UHGV virus genome: UHGV-0072281
Direction: 5' to 3' (one strand)
DNA length: 64,000 nt
From: a virus
The first letter of the stretch is position 1; each line of letters begins with the position of its first letter. The notes beneath the pieces were generated by a model. The model was not told where the DNA came from. It searched no databases and worked only from the letters and a program-made list of their open reading frames with translations. Made by a program: the position numbers and the translations under genes. Positions 48,492 through 58,465 of this stretch are shown here, piece by piece.

Positions 48492-48740
48492 ATGGCCGCT
48501 TATGTTGATTACAGTAAAGCCAAGATAGAGCTAAACGTAATTGATACCGTAGAGCGTTTAAAGCAACAACTTTCTTTGGAGTTATATCAACTTCGCGTCC
48601 GTATTCACGAGCGTGAACAACTTATTGAGAAACATCCATTATTTATCGACGAGAAGCAGGTAAAACTTATCACTGCGGAGTTAGAAGTTATGGCCGCAGA
48701 GAAACTGTTACTCGAAGAACGCATCGCTGCTATTGGTTAA
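48492..48740 (+). CDS. small coiled-coil protein
   Basis: 82 aa from ATG 48492 (AAGGAG SD 5 nt upstream); followed by terminator. Confidence 0.65.
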   Translation: MAAYVDYSKAKIELNVIDTVERLKQQLSLELYQLRVRIHEREQLIEKHPLFIDEKQVKLITAELEVMAAEKLLLEERIAAIG

Positions 48741-48750
48741 TCATCACACA

Positions 48751-48782
48751 AGGAGAGCCGAAGCTCTCCTCCTTTATTTTTA
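48751..48782 (+). terminator. intrinsic terminator
   Basis: Hairpin aggagagc-cgaa-gctctcct then cctttatttttatt. Confidence 0.75.
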
Positions 48783-48828
48783 TTCCCCAATTTATTATAG
48801 CCGCCCACTATAGTGAGGGAATGAGGAA

Positions 48829-49134
48829 ATGATTAAATATGTTGTTATTAATGTAAACTACGAACGTAGTCCACGTTTTCGCTTCGAATTACCTGAAACC
48901 AATGCAACCATGGAGTTTAATCGCTACTTTTTAGAGCATTCAAACACCAAAGTCAATCGCGGTAGATACTAGCTTATCTACTATAATGCACGTAATGAGT
49001 TACTGAAAGCCGTCAAGAAATCAGGTCAGCAAGAATTGTTAGCGAAACTGATGGCGTTTGATAACGATCCTTTAGCAATAGGAATTATGTTAGACCTTGT
49101 TATCAATAAAGACGAAATAGCGTGGTCCGAATAA
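48829..49134 (+). pseudogene. 101-codon reading frame interrupted by one in-frame TAG (48970-48972): pseudogene or readthrough/suppression candidate
   Basis: ATG 48829 with GAGGGA/AGGAAA SD; 47 codons, TAG, then 53 further sense codons in the same frame ending TAA 49132-49134 just before a terminator. Confidence 0.4.
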
Positions 49135-49190
49135 AAAAGCTACTCCGACCCCAGAAGGGTCGGAGTAGGCTCGAATTATTTTTTTTTTGC
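49134..49190. terminator. bidirectional intrinsic terminator
   Basis: 12-bp stem ctactccgaccc-cagaa-gggtcggagtag flanked by A-run upstream and T10 downstream. Confidence 0.85.
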
Positions 49191-49193
49191 TAT

Positions 49194-51911
49194 TTAGAGA
49201 GTTTCATCGCTGTTGTCATCTGCACCGGTATCCGTCTCGTCCGTGCCTTCAGTTGAAACGTCTTCTTCCGTTGCCGTATCGGTTTCCGTCGTTTCATCGT
49301 CAGTCATGTCCAAGTCTTCATCACCGCCCAGATCGTCACCACCTAAGTCCTCATCGCCTCCTAAGCCGCCGTCATCTTCAGTGCCGCCGCCAAAGTCGCT
49401 GCTACCGCCGAAGTTATTGGCGTCTTCAGGATTCAGATCAGCCGCTTTTGCTAACGTTTCAACTTTCCCTGTTACACGTTTTGCCAACTGAATCAGTGTC
49501 TTAGATGCAGACGCAATTTCGTCAGAGATCATCTTAACGTTTTCACCGCGTTTCTCTTCATCGTAAATCAGGTCGAACATATCGTTCTCAATACCCTGAC
49601 TACGTAACCAGTGGCGCGCGTAGAAGGTCTTAACCATCGTCTTGAGGTCATCAGGTGACATTTCAATACCTTCGTTCTGAAGCATATTAGCAATGTCATC
49701 CGTGACCACCAGATCTGCAAGTTTCTCGATAAATTCATAGCGTTTATCGAAGAGATCAGCTTGAGATGCTGTTGCAGAAGTATCAGGTGGTGGCAAGGTG
49801 ACCTTCATACCGTTGATAAACTTCGCCATATACTCTGACGTTTGTTTTGTCATCTCTTCGCTAGATACATTCGGATTCTGCTCACGGATATACTCAACGA
49901 TAATACGGATGAGTTCTGCTTGCAGTTTCGGTGAAGCTTGCAGACTGTTTGTAACGTAGCGCGTAAGCGGGGTTGAGAGGATTTCCTGTTTCTTCACAAT
50001 CTGTTGAGTAACCAACAGCGATTTAGAATAAATCTGAGAAGCAAACTCCAGGTTCTCCGGGGTAAGTACAAGGTCAGGATCAACACACGCGATGTGACAT
50101 GTACGGCGTAACAGGTTCTCGTCAATTTGTTGATCAGGAACTTTATACTCCGGCGTGGTATCAGACACAGACACTTTGTGGCTGGCGTAGTAATCGTTAC
50201 CCGTTACGTTAAAGGCAATCCCCGCGTTAGCTCCCATTGCCCAAGCATCGTTAATATCCCCCCACATCGGTAAACGACGGTTGTAGGAGTTAAGGATATC
50301 TGATTTGGCTTGGTCGACAGTTTTTTGACCGTTTGCATCGTCCGGTGACAGCTCAATGTCGTACTGCATGTGACGTGCCGAGTTTAGTACAGATGAGTTC
50401 ATTGTCGCAAACAGCAGTGCCATCCTGACGGTGGAGATGATAAAAGAGCGTTCAGTGATAGAAACCCCGATACCATCTTCGTTAAAATCCGTTGCAAAAT
50501 AGCATAGGTTATTAACCGGAATGTAAACCACTTGAGTATGACGTTTTGCGAGATGACGCGCTAACAGAATACGGCCGAATGTTTCGGTAATATTCATGCT
50601 GATTTCTGCGCCACCTAGTGCCTGACTTAATGCGCGAGCAAATTCGTTTTCAGCGATTTCACCGCAACGTGTACTTAAACGGTTGGCGATTTCCGGGGTA
50701 ATGCGAGAAGTGTTCCCTAAGCCCAGATTAGAACGGTTAATGATGCTGTCCGTCATCCCGTCGTTATTCAGGTAGTTCATAAAGTTCGCATCGCCGTACA
50801 GCGAGGAGCGAGCATTGATGAAGTTACCCATGTCATCTACGATGGTCAGATAACCAATAGGGTTACGAACGTCATCGCCAATTACCAGTGGCAGCGTTGA
50901 CTCTGCGGGCAGTAAACGTTCGATGTATTCGATTTTGTTATTCTCATCCATTGAGATAATAGGAATATCACCGTACGTTTGTGTTTTCGGTGTTGACTTA
51001 TACGCCTCGTTTAAATCACCCAAGTTAATGAACCCTTTTTCAGCAGCGTCACGCTGACGGTCATCGAAAGATTGGTTAGGGTCGAACGGACTGCCACCGT
51101 TTGGTGTAGACGGCTTTTCATATGCGGCTTGCTCTAATTGCCCGTACAAACCCGTACGTGCGTTCTCATGCGCGATACGACGATACAAATCCGGCAGCAT
51201 GGTAATGCGCGGGTTATCGGTAATCGTGATTTCCATCTGGAATTTATCCGAGAACATCGAATCGTGCTTACCGAAATCGATTTTCAACGTCTGAGGACCA
51301 GTAACGGCTCCGTGTAAACGGTTGAGAATTGATTCCACACCAACTCGCTGCCCTTCTTTCGGCGCATTAATAGGCCCGAGAATACCAAGCTGTTGTTCGA
51401 AGAACGCCGTTTGGGAACGACGAATAGATTCAGTAGCGACCTTTGTATTCAGACCGAATAATTGGTCGAAGCCGGTATCCGAGATTATCATCACTGGACT
51501 TGCGCCTTTGGTTTTTAACGCATCGTAAATCCACTGATATAATTTCTTAGGTAGCTGACGAATGTTATCGTGATAATCACGGGTCGGTGTCAGTAGCGCG
51601 TTACGCAGATCAATGGGGATGTCCGCGAAGTTGTCGTAAATCAACGTCGTGTTGATTAAGTCTTTTGTTGATAACAGGCTCGAAGTTGCAATAGTAACGA
51701 TTGTTTCGAGTTCAGGTAACGCATCAAAGATACGTTCCGCATTTTTGATAGTACGAATACGTGAACTCGCAATTGCCGTGAGTTCTTGACGTGTTGGCGT
51801 AGAACCACCCTCGCTACGCGTACCGCGTTGTTGCTGAGGTGCTGGGCCCGTAGTTTTACGAAGAATTGCAGCTACGGCGGGGTCGCCCGTTAATTTACTA
51901 ATATCGTCCAT
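49194..51911 (-). CDS. hypothetical large protein with extremely acidic Gly/Asp/Glu/Thr-rich C-terminal tail
   Basis: 905-aa ORF; C-terminal ~75 aa NNFGGSSDFGGGTEDDGGLGGDEDLGGDDLGGDEDLDMTDDETTETDTATEEDVSTEGTDETDTGADDNSDETL. Confidence 0.8.
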   Translation of the reverse strand: MDDISKLTGDPAVAAILRKTTGPAPQQQRGTRSEGGSTPTRQELTAIASSRIRTIKNAERIFDALPELETIVTIATSSLLSTKDLINTTLIYDNFADIPIDLRNALLTPTRDYHDNIRQLPKKLYQWIYDALKTKGASPVMIISDTGFDQLFGLNTKVATESIRRSQTAFFEQQLGILGPINAPKEGQRVGVESILNRLHGAVTGPQTLKIDFGKHDSMFSDKFQMEITITDNPRITMLPDLYRRIAHENARTGLYGQLEQAAYEKPSTPNGGSPFDPNQSFDDRQRDAAEKGFINLGDLNEAYKSTPKTQTYGDIPIISMDENNKIEYIERLLPAESTLPLVIGDDVRNPIGYLTIVDDMGNFINARSSLYGDANFMNYLNNDGMTDSIINRSNLGLGNTSRITPEIANRLSTRCGEIAENEFARALSQALGGAEISMNITETFGRILLARHLAKRHTQVVYIPVNNLCYFATDFNEDGIGVSITERSFIISTVRMALLFATMNSSVLNSARHMQYDIELSPDDANGQKTVDQAKSDILNSYNRRLPMWGDINDAWAMGANAGIAFNVTGNDYYASHKVSVSDTTPEYKVPDQQIDENLLRRTCHIACVDPDLVLTPENLEFASQIYSKSLLVTQQIVKKQEILSTPLTRYVTNSLQASPKLQAELIRIIVEYIREQNPNVSSEEMTKQTSEYMAKFINGMKVTLPPPDTSATASQADLFDKRYEFIEKLADLVVTDDIANMLQNEGIEMSPDDLKTMVKTFYARHWLRSQGIENDMFDLIYDEEKRGENVKMISDEIASASKTLIQLAKRVTGKVETLAKAADLNPEDANNFGGSSDFGGGTEDDGGLGGDEDLGGDDLGGDEDLDMTDDETTETDTATEEDVSTEGTDETDTGADDNSDETL

Positions 51912-51922
51912 TGGGGTCTCCG

Positions 51923-54106
51923 ATGCAGAGATTTAACATATTTCGTGAACAGAACATCGCGTTGGCGAAATCACTGATTATTAAATCAGAATCAATCGCA
52001 CAACAGATGAATCTGGCAATAACCGAGAACGGCGGTTTCGTTTCCGATAACCGAAGTACGTGGCGATACTACCTGCATTTAGCAGGACAACGTCACGAAT
52101 GGGATAAGCCCATTTACATAACGTCGCTCGACACGCAAGAGCAGATAGAATTAACGACAGCCAACCTGTCCCGTCATAAAAAGACCTCAAACGTATTTCG
52201 TTCGAACGGTGAGTACATTGAGGAGCTGATCAGAACGTATCCTGACTACGCGATTTATATCCGAGGTGTGTTTAATCCGGTGGATATAAACTACGCCATC
52301 CGTGTGGCTGATTGTTCTATTCTCTATTACGACAGTTCATTAGTGGAGTCGCAAGAGACGTCACTGATGTCGAGATTGGAAGACAGAATAAGGGCAGCTC
52401 ACGTTCGCTATATGTCAGAAGGGTGGAAAGTTCACAACGATGCGTTCGTGTTAGCATTCTACTGTATTCTGTATCCGCAGCTACCCGGCATTATCGGCTA
52501 TATCCGTTCTTCTTTACAGCATACCACGGAAACACACTCGTTTTACGTGACAGAGTTCTTAGCATCACACCAAGAACTTCACGAGTTTATGCCGTATCTG
52601 ACCCAGAAACAGAAATTCATTCTTTATCGGAACATTCGTTACTGGGAACGTAACTCGGGGAAAGAGGAGATTTTCGACTGGCAGATTGATGCATTGCTGA
52701 CAGGTTGGGGGATGCCTGCGGTTGGGTATAATGTTGCACAACAGATACACGAACCGAAGGATGATGATGACTCCACGTTAACACCGTTACCGATCGGTTA
52801 TCAGCAATCGCTTAACTATACGGAAAAGGATTCTGGTCGAGACCTTGACATTGTAACGACGACAGACATTATCCAGAAGGAAGTCGCGTTAGCGTACAAT
52901 AACCCGGCGTACGAACCGGAGTATCAGGAAGACTTAGATACCCGTTTAAGTTTAACGCAATACCCTAACCTGAAAACCAAACTCATTGAAGTTACAGCAG
53001 TCGACCCAGAAGCGATTGAGCGCTTCGAGTATCTGCATAACCTCTTTAACGAATGGGTACATCTCGTCGCGAAAGGGAAATACAACATTTACCACGAGAT
53101 TCTTAACCCAACAAACGGGGATACCTTAAAGCTTAGCTCAAAAGAGTTATTGGCGCTGTTCTTATACGCGGCGTATAAAGGGTATTCTGACGTTGCGTTA
53201 GAAGAGATTCCTGCGTTCAACGTATTCGGGGTGTTAATCAAACGTTGGGTTTCGTTCGACGAAATGGAACAACATTTAATCCCGAGCTGGGAAAACCGTT
53301 TCGAAGCGTTGATTAACTATTATACCGATACACACACAGAAGTCGTCGGAACGATTCTTAGTGCTGATGAACTCTACGACACGGTTAATGAAATCATTAC
53401 CCAGAAACGTCGTCGTTGGCGTTATAGTCAAAACCGTCGGAAGATTCCTGACCGTGCTGCGGGCTTGATGCTGTTTAACTACCATTACCGTGATTATCGC
53501 TGCGATTTAAAACTGAACTACCGTAACTACGATGAGTTCTTTAAAACGTTCGGGTTAGATTATACATTGGTTTCGGCGGAGACGTGGCAAGACATTGCTA
53601 TTGATGCGTTTAACACCGCGACTAACCTGGAAACCCGTGCAACGATTTCACAGTCTGAGATTCAGCGTGCAATGGTACGATTGATGACGAAGTTGTCATC
53701 CTACACCGTACATTTTGCTGCGCGAATGGGGTCAGATTCTTACGACGTTATGGACCCGCTCTGTCCCATCTTAGGGGATATCCCTATGAGTGGGGAGGGG
53801 ACAATTACAATTATTGAACCCCTCTTAGGCGTACAGCAAGTTACGCGTCACCAGTATATATCCACCGACACTGTGTTACCGGCAGCGCCTGTTATTAAAG
53901 AACTGTCGATGCCGCAGCACATCAAACTCAGGATGAACATTTACATGGGCATCCGAGTGAAAGTAACACAGCAGGTTGTGGTGGATATTAACGAGCCGAC
54001 TACCGGGGTTGTTAAAGTGAAATCTTCGCTTGACGATTGGACGTTAAACGAACAGGTGAAAATTAACGATCTTGACGGCTTCACGCTTGACCAGCTACCT
54101 AAGTGA
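51923..54106 (+). CDS. hypothetical protein
   Basis: 727 aa from ATG 51923; start lies 12 nt from divergent gene start. Confidence 0.75.
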   Translation: MQRFNIFREQNIALAKSLIIKSESIAQQMNLAITENGGFVSDNRSTWRYYLHLAGQRHEWDKPIYITSLDTQEQIELTTANLSRHKKTSNVFRSNGEYIEELIRTYPDYAIYIRGVFNPVDINYAIRVADCSILYYDSSLVESQETSLMSRLEDRIRAAHVRYMSEGWKVHNDAFVLAFYCILYPQLPGIIGYIRSSLQHTTETHSFYVTEFLASHQELHEFMPYLTQKQKFILYRNIRYWERNSGKEEIFDWQIDALLTGWGMPAVGYNVAQQIHEPKDDDDSTLTPLPIGYQQSLNYTEKDSGRDLDIVTTTDIIQKEVALAYNNPAYEPEYQEDLDTRLSLTQYPNLKTKLIEVTAVDPEAIERFEYLHNLFNEWVHLVAKGKYNIYHEILNPTNGDTLKLSSKELLALFLYAAYKGYSDVALEEIPAFNVFGVLIKRWVSFDEMEQHLIPSWENRFEALINYYTDTHTEVVGTILSADELYDTVNEIITQKRRRWRYSQNRRKIPDRAAGLMLFNYHYRDYRCDLKLNYRNYDEFFKTFGLDYTLVSAETWQDIAIDAFNTATNLETRATISQSEIQRAMVRLMTKLSSYTVHFAARMGSDSYDVMDPLCPILGDIPMSGEGTITIIEPLLGVQQVTRHQYISTDTVLPAAPVIKELSMPQHIKLRMNIYMGIRVKVTQQVVVDINEPTTGVVKVKSSLDDWTLNEQVKINDLDGFTLDQLPK

Positions 54107-54113
54107 GAAAACC

Positions 54114-54641
54114 ATGGCATATCGCGTCGACTTAACGAAAACTCCGAAACAAATTCTGGTAGATCGTATTAACTACGTTTTCGGGGTATCCTATACCACT
54201 GACAACATCGATTTTAACGATAAAGGTGTGCAACCACTGACGAAAGACGAAGCCCGTCGTTATGGACTGGAATCGAAAGTGGCCGCTGACTTTAAAAACG
54301 GTGTTGCGGGGAACCAGGAATTCATCTTAACCCGTGTTGACCTGGCAGCGTTCTTAGCTGACGAACCGGTTACGGTACCGAAAGGCGAAGTAACCAGCAG
54401 CCAAGAACTGGCAGACTATATCGTTGCTCAGACCGGTATTGATTTGACCAAAGACGACATTATGATCGAGCCTATCAGTGAGGAACTCGATTCTTATGAT
54501 GTTCGCTTAGTCCCGAATCACTTATCTTTTAAAGGAACGATTCCGGTCGTATTTACTGACCCCACACCACGTACGTTGGCGTCTCTCGTGACGAAACTTG
54601 CGCTGGACGGGTTCCGCCCTGGAGAATTAATCAATGTCTAA
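54114..54641 (+). CDS. hypothetical protein
   Basis: 175 aa from ATG 54114. Confidence 0.7.
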   Translation: MAYRVDLTKTPKQILVDRINYVFGVSYTTDNIDFNDKGVQPLTKDEARRYGLESKVAADFKNGVAGNQEFILTRVDLAAFLADEPVTVPKGEVTSSQELADYIVAQTGIDLTKDDIMIEPISEELDSYDVRLVPNHLSFKGTIPVVFTDPTPRTLASLVTKLALDGFRPGELINV

Positions 54642-55521
54642 TGTCAAAGTTTACGACGGTAAACTCTCGACGGTAACACTTAATGCGATGCGTCTGGCTA
54701 CCGCATTAATTACCGGTGCCGATGTGCAATACCCACAGAAGTCCACACTGAATGAGTTTTATAAGCTCATGCAAACCCCAGTGCCGGACGGTAAAGCACG
54801 TCCCCATTTGCAGTACATGGCGATTGGTAACCGTGGCCACATGGTCGACACATCAGATGTTGTTGCTGATGTTGTTCCTGTAGCTAAAGAACCTATCGCG
54901 TCCGGGATGTTTTCACGCGTTCCGTTTGTCCTGCGTACTAAAGACAACGATTTGTCTGATGAACAGCGTAAGAACTACGCTTTCCGTACTCTGGAAACCA
55001 TCAACAAACGTGAGTATTGGGCGTACTATTTAAAACGCATTGACATGCGTGCAGTAAAAACTACCGACTACGACATTAAGCGTGAGAACGGTGTTGAAAC
55101 TGTAGAAGACTTTGTTTATACGGACACTGAACTGAACCCAGTACCGAAAGTGTTGCCGGATTACGATTACGATGATGACGGTACTGTTGCAATTCCAGAT
55201 GGCCGTTATGTGGAATCAGGTGCAGACCTGGTTATCCCGTGGACGGACTTTGATGTTCAGGAGTACATGAACGTGACCAGCATTATGCGCGGCAGCCCTC
55301 GTAGTTCGATTATCTCTGAACTGGCACTGTGCTCCGGTTTAGACCAGGTAACGTCTGGTGACTCTGCGACTGGTTCGAAGTTCAGTTACACTGAAGCTAT
55401 TGGTGTACAAGCCCTGTATTACATTTCGATGTTTACTAACCTGGCGCAGACGAACGATAAATTGTCACTGACAATCCGTATCGGTCAACCTGCGCCGTTC
55501 TTCTTAGGGACAGCGAATTAA
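54634..55521 (+). CDS. hypothetical protein
   Basis: 295 aa; GGAGAA SD. Confidence 0.8.
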   Translation: MSNVKVYDGKLSTVTLNAMRLATALITGADVQYPQKSTLNEFYKLMQTPVPDGKARPHLQYMAIGNRGHMVDTSDVVADVVPVAKEPIASGMFSRVPFVLRTKDNDLSDEQRKNYAFRTLETINKREYWAYYLKRIDMRAVKTTDYDIKRENGVETVEDFVYTDTELNPVPKVLPDYDYDDDGTVAIPDGRYVESGADLVIPWTDFDVQEYMNVTSIMRGSPRSSIISELALCSGLDQVTSGDSATGSKFSYTEAIGVQALYYISMFTNLAQTNDKLSLTIRIGQPAPFFLGTAN

Positions 55522-56165
55522 TGTTGATTCCTGAGCCGAGACTTCCCGATAAGATGGTCAGGATCGCGGCGATAGACCCCGGTACGAGCCATCTCGGGAT
55601 GGCGGTGTTGGATTGGGAATATGGCAGCGACCAAGCCGAAGTGGTGTGGGCTGATACTATGCATGTATTAGACCCAACACATCCAAGTGCGTTTGCAGAA
55701 TGTGTTGGTAAACGCGACGATCGCTTAGTAAAACTCGAAGCGTGCTACCGTGAGTTTCTTCGGATTGCGCGTCCGACGTTCGTTGCAACAGAAACGCCGT
55801 TCATGCGGCGGGCAAAACTCTCCGCGTATGAATCTGGCGTAGAGTTACAGCTGATGCTGAGACGGGCGTTATGGGACGTGTTTCCAGAGAAGGTGCTACA
55901 CGGGTTCAATCCGATTATTGTAAAATCATTCGTCGGTGTGGAAGCGAAAGGAACGGACAAAACAGATATGTTTCGTGCCGTAACGAAGTTGTATCGCGAC
56001 CACGCGTTGATTGACATTACGACTTTGGACGAGCACAGTATCGATGCCGTGGCGGTGGGGAATATCTTTGTCAGGGTAAACCTGTTAAACTTGAATAGTC
56101 TCCTACCGCCAAAACAAAAGTCTATTAAGACAGCAAAACGGCGGAGAAGACGTCGGAGGAAATAG
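55521..56165 (+). CDS. RuvC-like Holliday junction resolvase
   Basis: 214 aa; N-terminal RIAAIDPGTSHLGMAVLD, FVATETPF and HSIDAVAVGN match RuvC catalytic Asp/Glu/Asp-containing segments; C-terminus KTAKRRRRRRRK. Confidence 0.65.
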   Translation: MLIPEPRLPDKMVRIAAIDPGTSHLGMAVLDWEYGSDQAEVVWADTMHVLDPTHPSAFAECVGKRDDRLVKLEACYREFLRIARPTFVATETPFMRRAKLSAYESGVELQLMLRRALWDVFPEKVLHGFNPIIVKSFVGVEAKGTDKTDMFRAVTKLYRDHALIDITTLDEHSIDAVAVGNIFVRVNLLNLNSLLPPKQKSIKTAKRRRRRRRK

Positions 56166-56167
56166 CG

Positions 56168-56746
56168 ATGTCGCAACCAACACAAGACGTGTCGGCCGCA
56201 ATTCTTGACATTCTTATCCAAGCGGGGAACAGAAAGTTAAGTAAAGAGCAGTCCGAAGAACTGTCTAAGATTCTCAAAGACAACTTCGGTGACGAAATCT
56301 CTGTAGACGTAACACGGTCGGGTACAAAGATTCTGTCGGAGTTACGTCCAACGCTTCTTGAGAACCTCGGAAAGATGGCGGAAAACTTTCAGCAGCAAGC
56401 CACAAACGCTGTAGAGAGTTTAGGTGACGAAGTAAGCAAAGAAACGATGTTGACACTGTGGCCGAAACTTGCTGGCGCACAGAAGTTCATTATTGTTCTG
56501 CTTGCATTCGCCACTGTTGTCGTGACAGGCTTCTTAGCGTACGACACTCATCAGAACTTTCCAAAAGACAGCATGGAAGTGTTGTTTGTATCCTTACTTC
56601 CGCTGTTCGGATTGGTAGTGTTCTCAACGTGGCCAATTAAAACATTGGCTTACAAGTCGTTGGAGATTGCTACCAAAGTCGTCGAGAAGAAACTTGAGAA
56701 ATCAGGTCAGGTCATCGCGAAGCCAGAAACAAAGACAACGAAATAA
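56168..56746 (+). CDS. membrane protein (two predicted TM helices)
   Basis: 192 aa; GGAGG SD; hydrophobic segments FIIVLLAFATVVVTGFLAY and VLFVSLLPLFGLVVFSTWPI. Confidence 0.75.
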   Translation: MSQPTQDVSAAILDILIQAGNRKLSKEQSEELSKILKDNFGDEISVDVTRSGTKILSELRPTLLENLGKMAENFQQQATNAVESLGDEVSKETMLTLWPKLAGAQKFIIVLLAFATVVVTGFLAYDTHQNFPKDSMEVLFVSLLPLFGLVVFSTWPIKTLAYKSLEIATKVVEKKLEKSGQVIAKPETKTTK

Positions 56747-56750
56747 AACC

Positions 56751-56790
56751 AACCTCTACCTTCGGGTAGAGGTTTTCTTCTTTTTATTTT
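56751..56790 (+). terminator. intrinsic terminator
   Basis: Hairpin aacctctacc-ttcg-ggtagaggtt then T-rich run. Confidence 0.85.
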
Positions 56791-56834
56791 ACAATTTTTG
56801 ATCATACTGTGAGACTTCTAGCGAGGAGATTTAG

Positions 56835-57521
56835 ATGAAGGAATTGCAATTAAGAAAGCGTACTACTCTTATCCCCCTTAAGGAACTAAAACAGTGTCCC
56901 GTTTTCTACTCACCGAAAGATCACCTAGATTTATCTAAAGAGAAAAAGATTATTATTTCTGCCTTCCGAGAAGTAATCAATCTTCGTTATTTCGCGGCAC
57001 CAATGGATTGTGCTATCGAACATGCTATGTTGGATGGAAGAACGTCGCTTACAGTTTACGATTTGTTAGAAGAAAAGAATATCGGTATTGAAACTGGTAT
57101 ACTGAGAGTAAACAAAAATGAGTTATTAGAAAGTCAAAAACAACTAATGACAGGTGTTCAATTACTCTTAGAGCAATATGGCTTCTATTCGGAAAAACCA
57201 ACTTCTGCGGTATCTACACAACCCATCATCTGTGACCATGGGTTTGAGGTAGAATGGAAAACAATTCGAGGGCAAGATTTTATTTTAATACATTGGTTCG
57301 TTCCCTATCTTTGGAAAGAGCGTACCACAGTTTATGCTTTACTTGAATTCGCTGTCTACTGGAGCATTTATAAAAAAGAACGTGCTACTGCAATGAAAAC
57401 GGTAATGACCACACCGTTAAATCAACTTTTTACCTCTGGGTTAGAAACAGATTTTAACGAACTATGTACAACTATTTTCAAGATGGAGTATGGCTATGCA
57501 CCAGTTGGATATAACCGCTGA
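56835..57521 (+). CDS. hypothetical protein (AT-rich codon usage)
   Basis: 228 aa; GAGGAG SD. Confidence 0.75.
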   Translation: MKELQLRKRTTLIPLKELKQCPVFYSPKDHLDLSKEKKIIISAFREVINLRYFAAPMDCAIEHAMLDGRTSLTVYDLLEEKNIGIETGILRVNKNELLESQKQLMTGVQLLLEQYGFYSEKPTSAVSTQPIICDHGFEVEWKTIRGQDFILIHWFVPYLWKERTTVYALLEFAVYWSIYKKERATAMKTVMTTPLNQLFTSGLETDFNELCTTIFKMEYGYAPVGYNR

Positions 57522-57972
57522 TAAAATCTCCGCTAAATTTCCACAATTACGTGAATACATCAACGACTTAAATTCAATTCGGGAAACACCGGTTAGAATT
57601 ACGTTAGCAGTTGAAGATGATATTACTCACGGTATTGCGATCTGGGAGCCGGGGAATCTTATTTATCTGGTGGTGGCGGAAGGTTCTCGACGTTTCGGTG
57701 TTGGTTCGTTTTTATTGCAATATGTTCAATTGAATTCCGATCGTCAAATGGTGACGTGCCGTGTCCACCCTTCGAACATTGACGGCCTGTGTTTCTTTTC
57801 GAAAAAGGGCTACCAGATTGACCGTTGGTATATCGCCAGCGACTCTCGTCGGTATTTTCGTATGACGAACGGTAACGTTGTTTCGTCATACGCCCCGCCG
57901 GAAGAAGGATATTTGGTGGATTTTATCGAAAACACGCCCATCTTTCTCTCTGTTGCGGATAAAATTTATTAA
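57490..57972 (+). CDS. GNAT-family N-acetyltransferase-like protein
   Basis: 160 aa; motif A-like SRRFGVGSFLL and downstream FFSKKGYQI. Confidence 0.5.
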   Translation: MAMHQLDITADKISAKFPQLREYINDLNSIRETPVRITLAVEDDITHGIAIWEPGNLIYLVVAEGSRRFGVGSFLLQYVQLNSDRQMVTCRVHPSNIDGLCFFSKKGYQIDRWYIASDSRRYFRMTNGNVVSSYAPPEEGYLVDFIENTPIFLSVADKIY

Positions 57973-57988
57973 CCGTTGAGAGTCTAAA

Positions 57989-58465
57989 ATGATACGTGTC
58001 GAATATGAGACGCGGTGCTTAGAAGACAATCGAGCAAAAGCATTACGTTGTGTTGAAATCGTCCCCGCACACGAACTGGATATTCAAGCTGGTAAGGTTC
58101 GGGGCGTTCCGGTTAAGATCGTACAACACAGCCATTGTTCGCAATATAAAGAGAAAGCTGTCCCAGTAGTACGTTCCAGTAAACGAGAAGACTTTTCAGA
58201 ACTCCGTAAGTGTTTTCAACGACACTACCGCCGGAGTAAATGGAAGGTGTTGGTATTAATGTTAGTCGACGATTTCATTAAAGACCTGGTTTGGGAAGAA
58301 GTGCTTAAAGAGCGTGGTTTTCAACCCAAACCGTTCTCGTATCACTGGGAACGTTTCAAAAAGAAATACCACGAGTCATTGCGTTGGTCTCCGAACACAC
58401 GGAATATGATGCCACGTTTGGAATCAATGCCTTGGCTTCGTGTTTATCTCGATGAGGTAAACTGA
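57989..58465 (+). CDS. hypothetical protein
   Basis: 158 aa; GAGAG SD; TGATG overlap with next gene. Confidence 0.7.
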   Translation: MIRVEYETRCLEDNRAKALRCVEIVPAHELDIQAGKVRGVPVKIVQHSHCSQYKEKAVPVVRSSKREDFSELRKCFQRHYRRSKWKVLVLMLVDDFIKDLVWEEVLKERGFQPKPFSYHWERFKKKYHESLRWSPNTRNMMPRLESMPWLRVYLDEVN

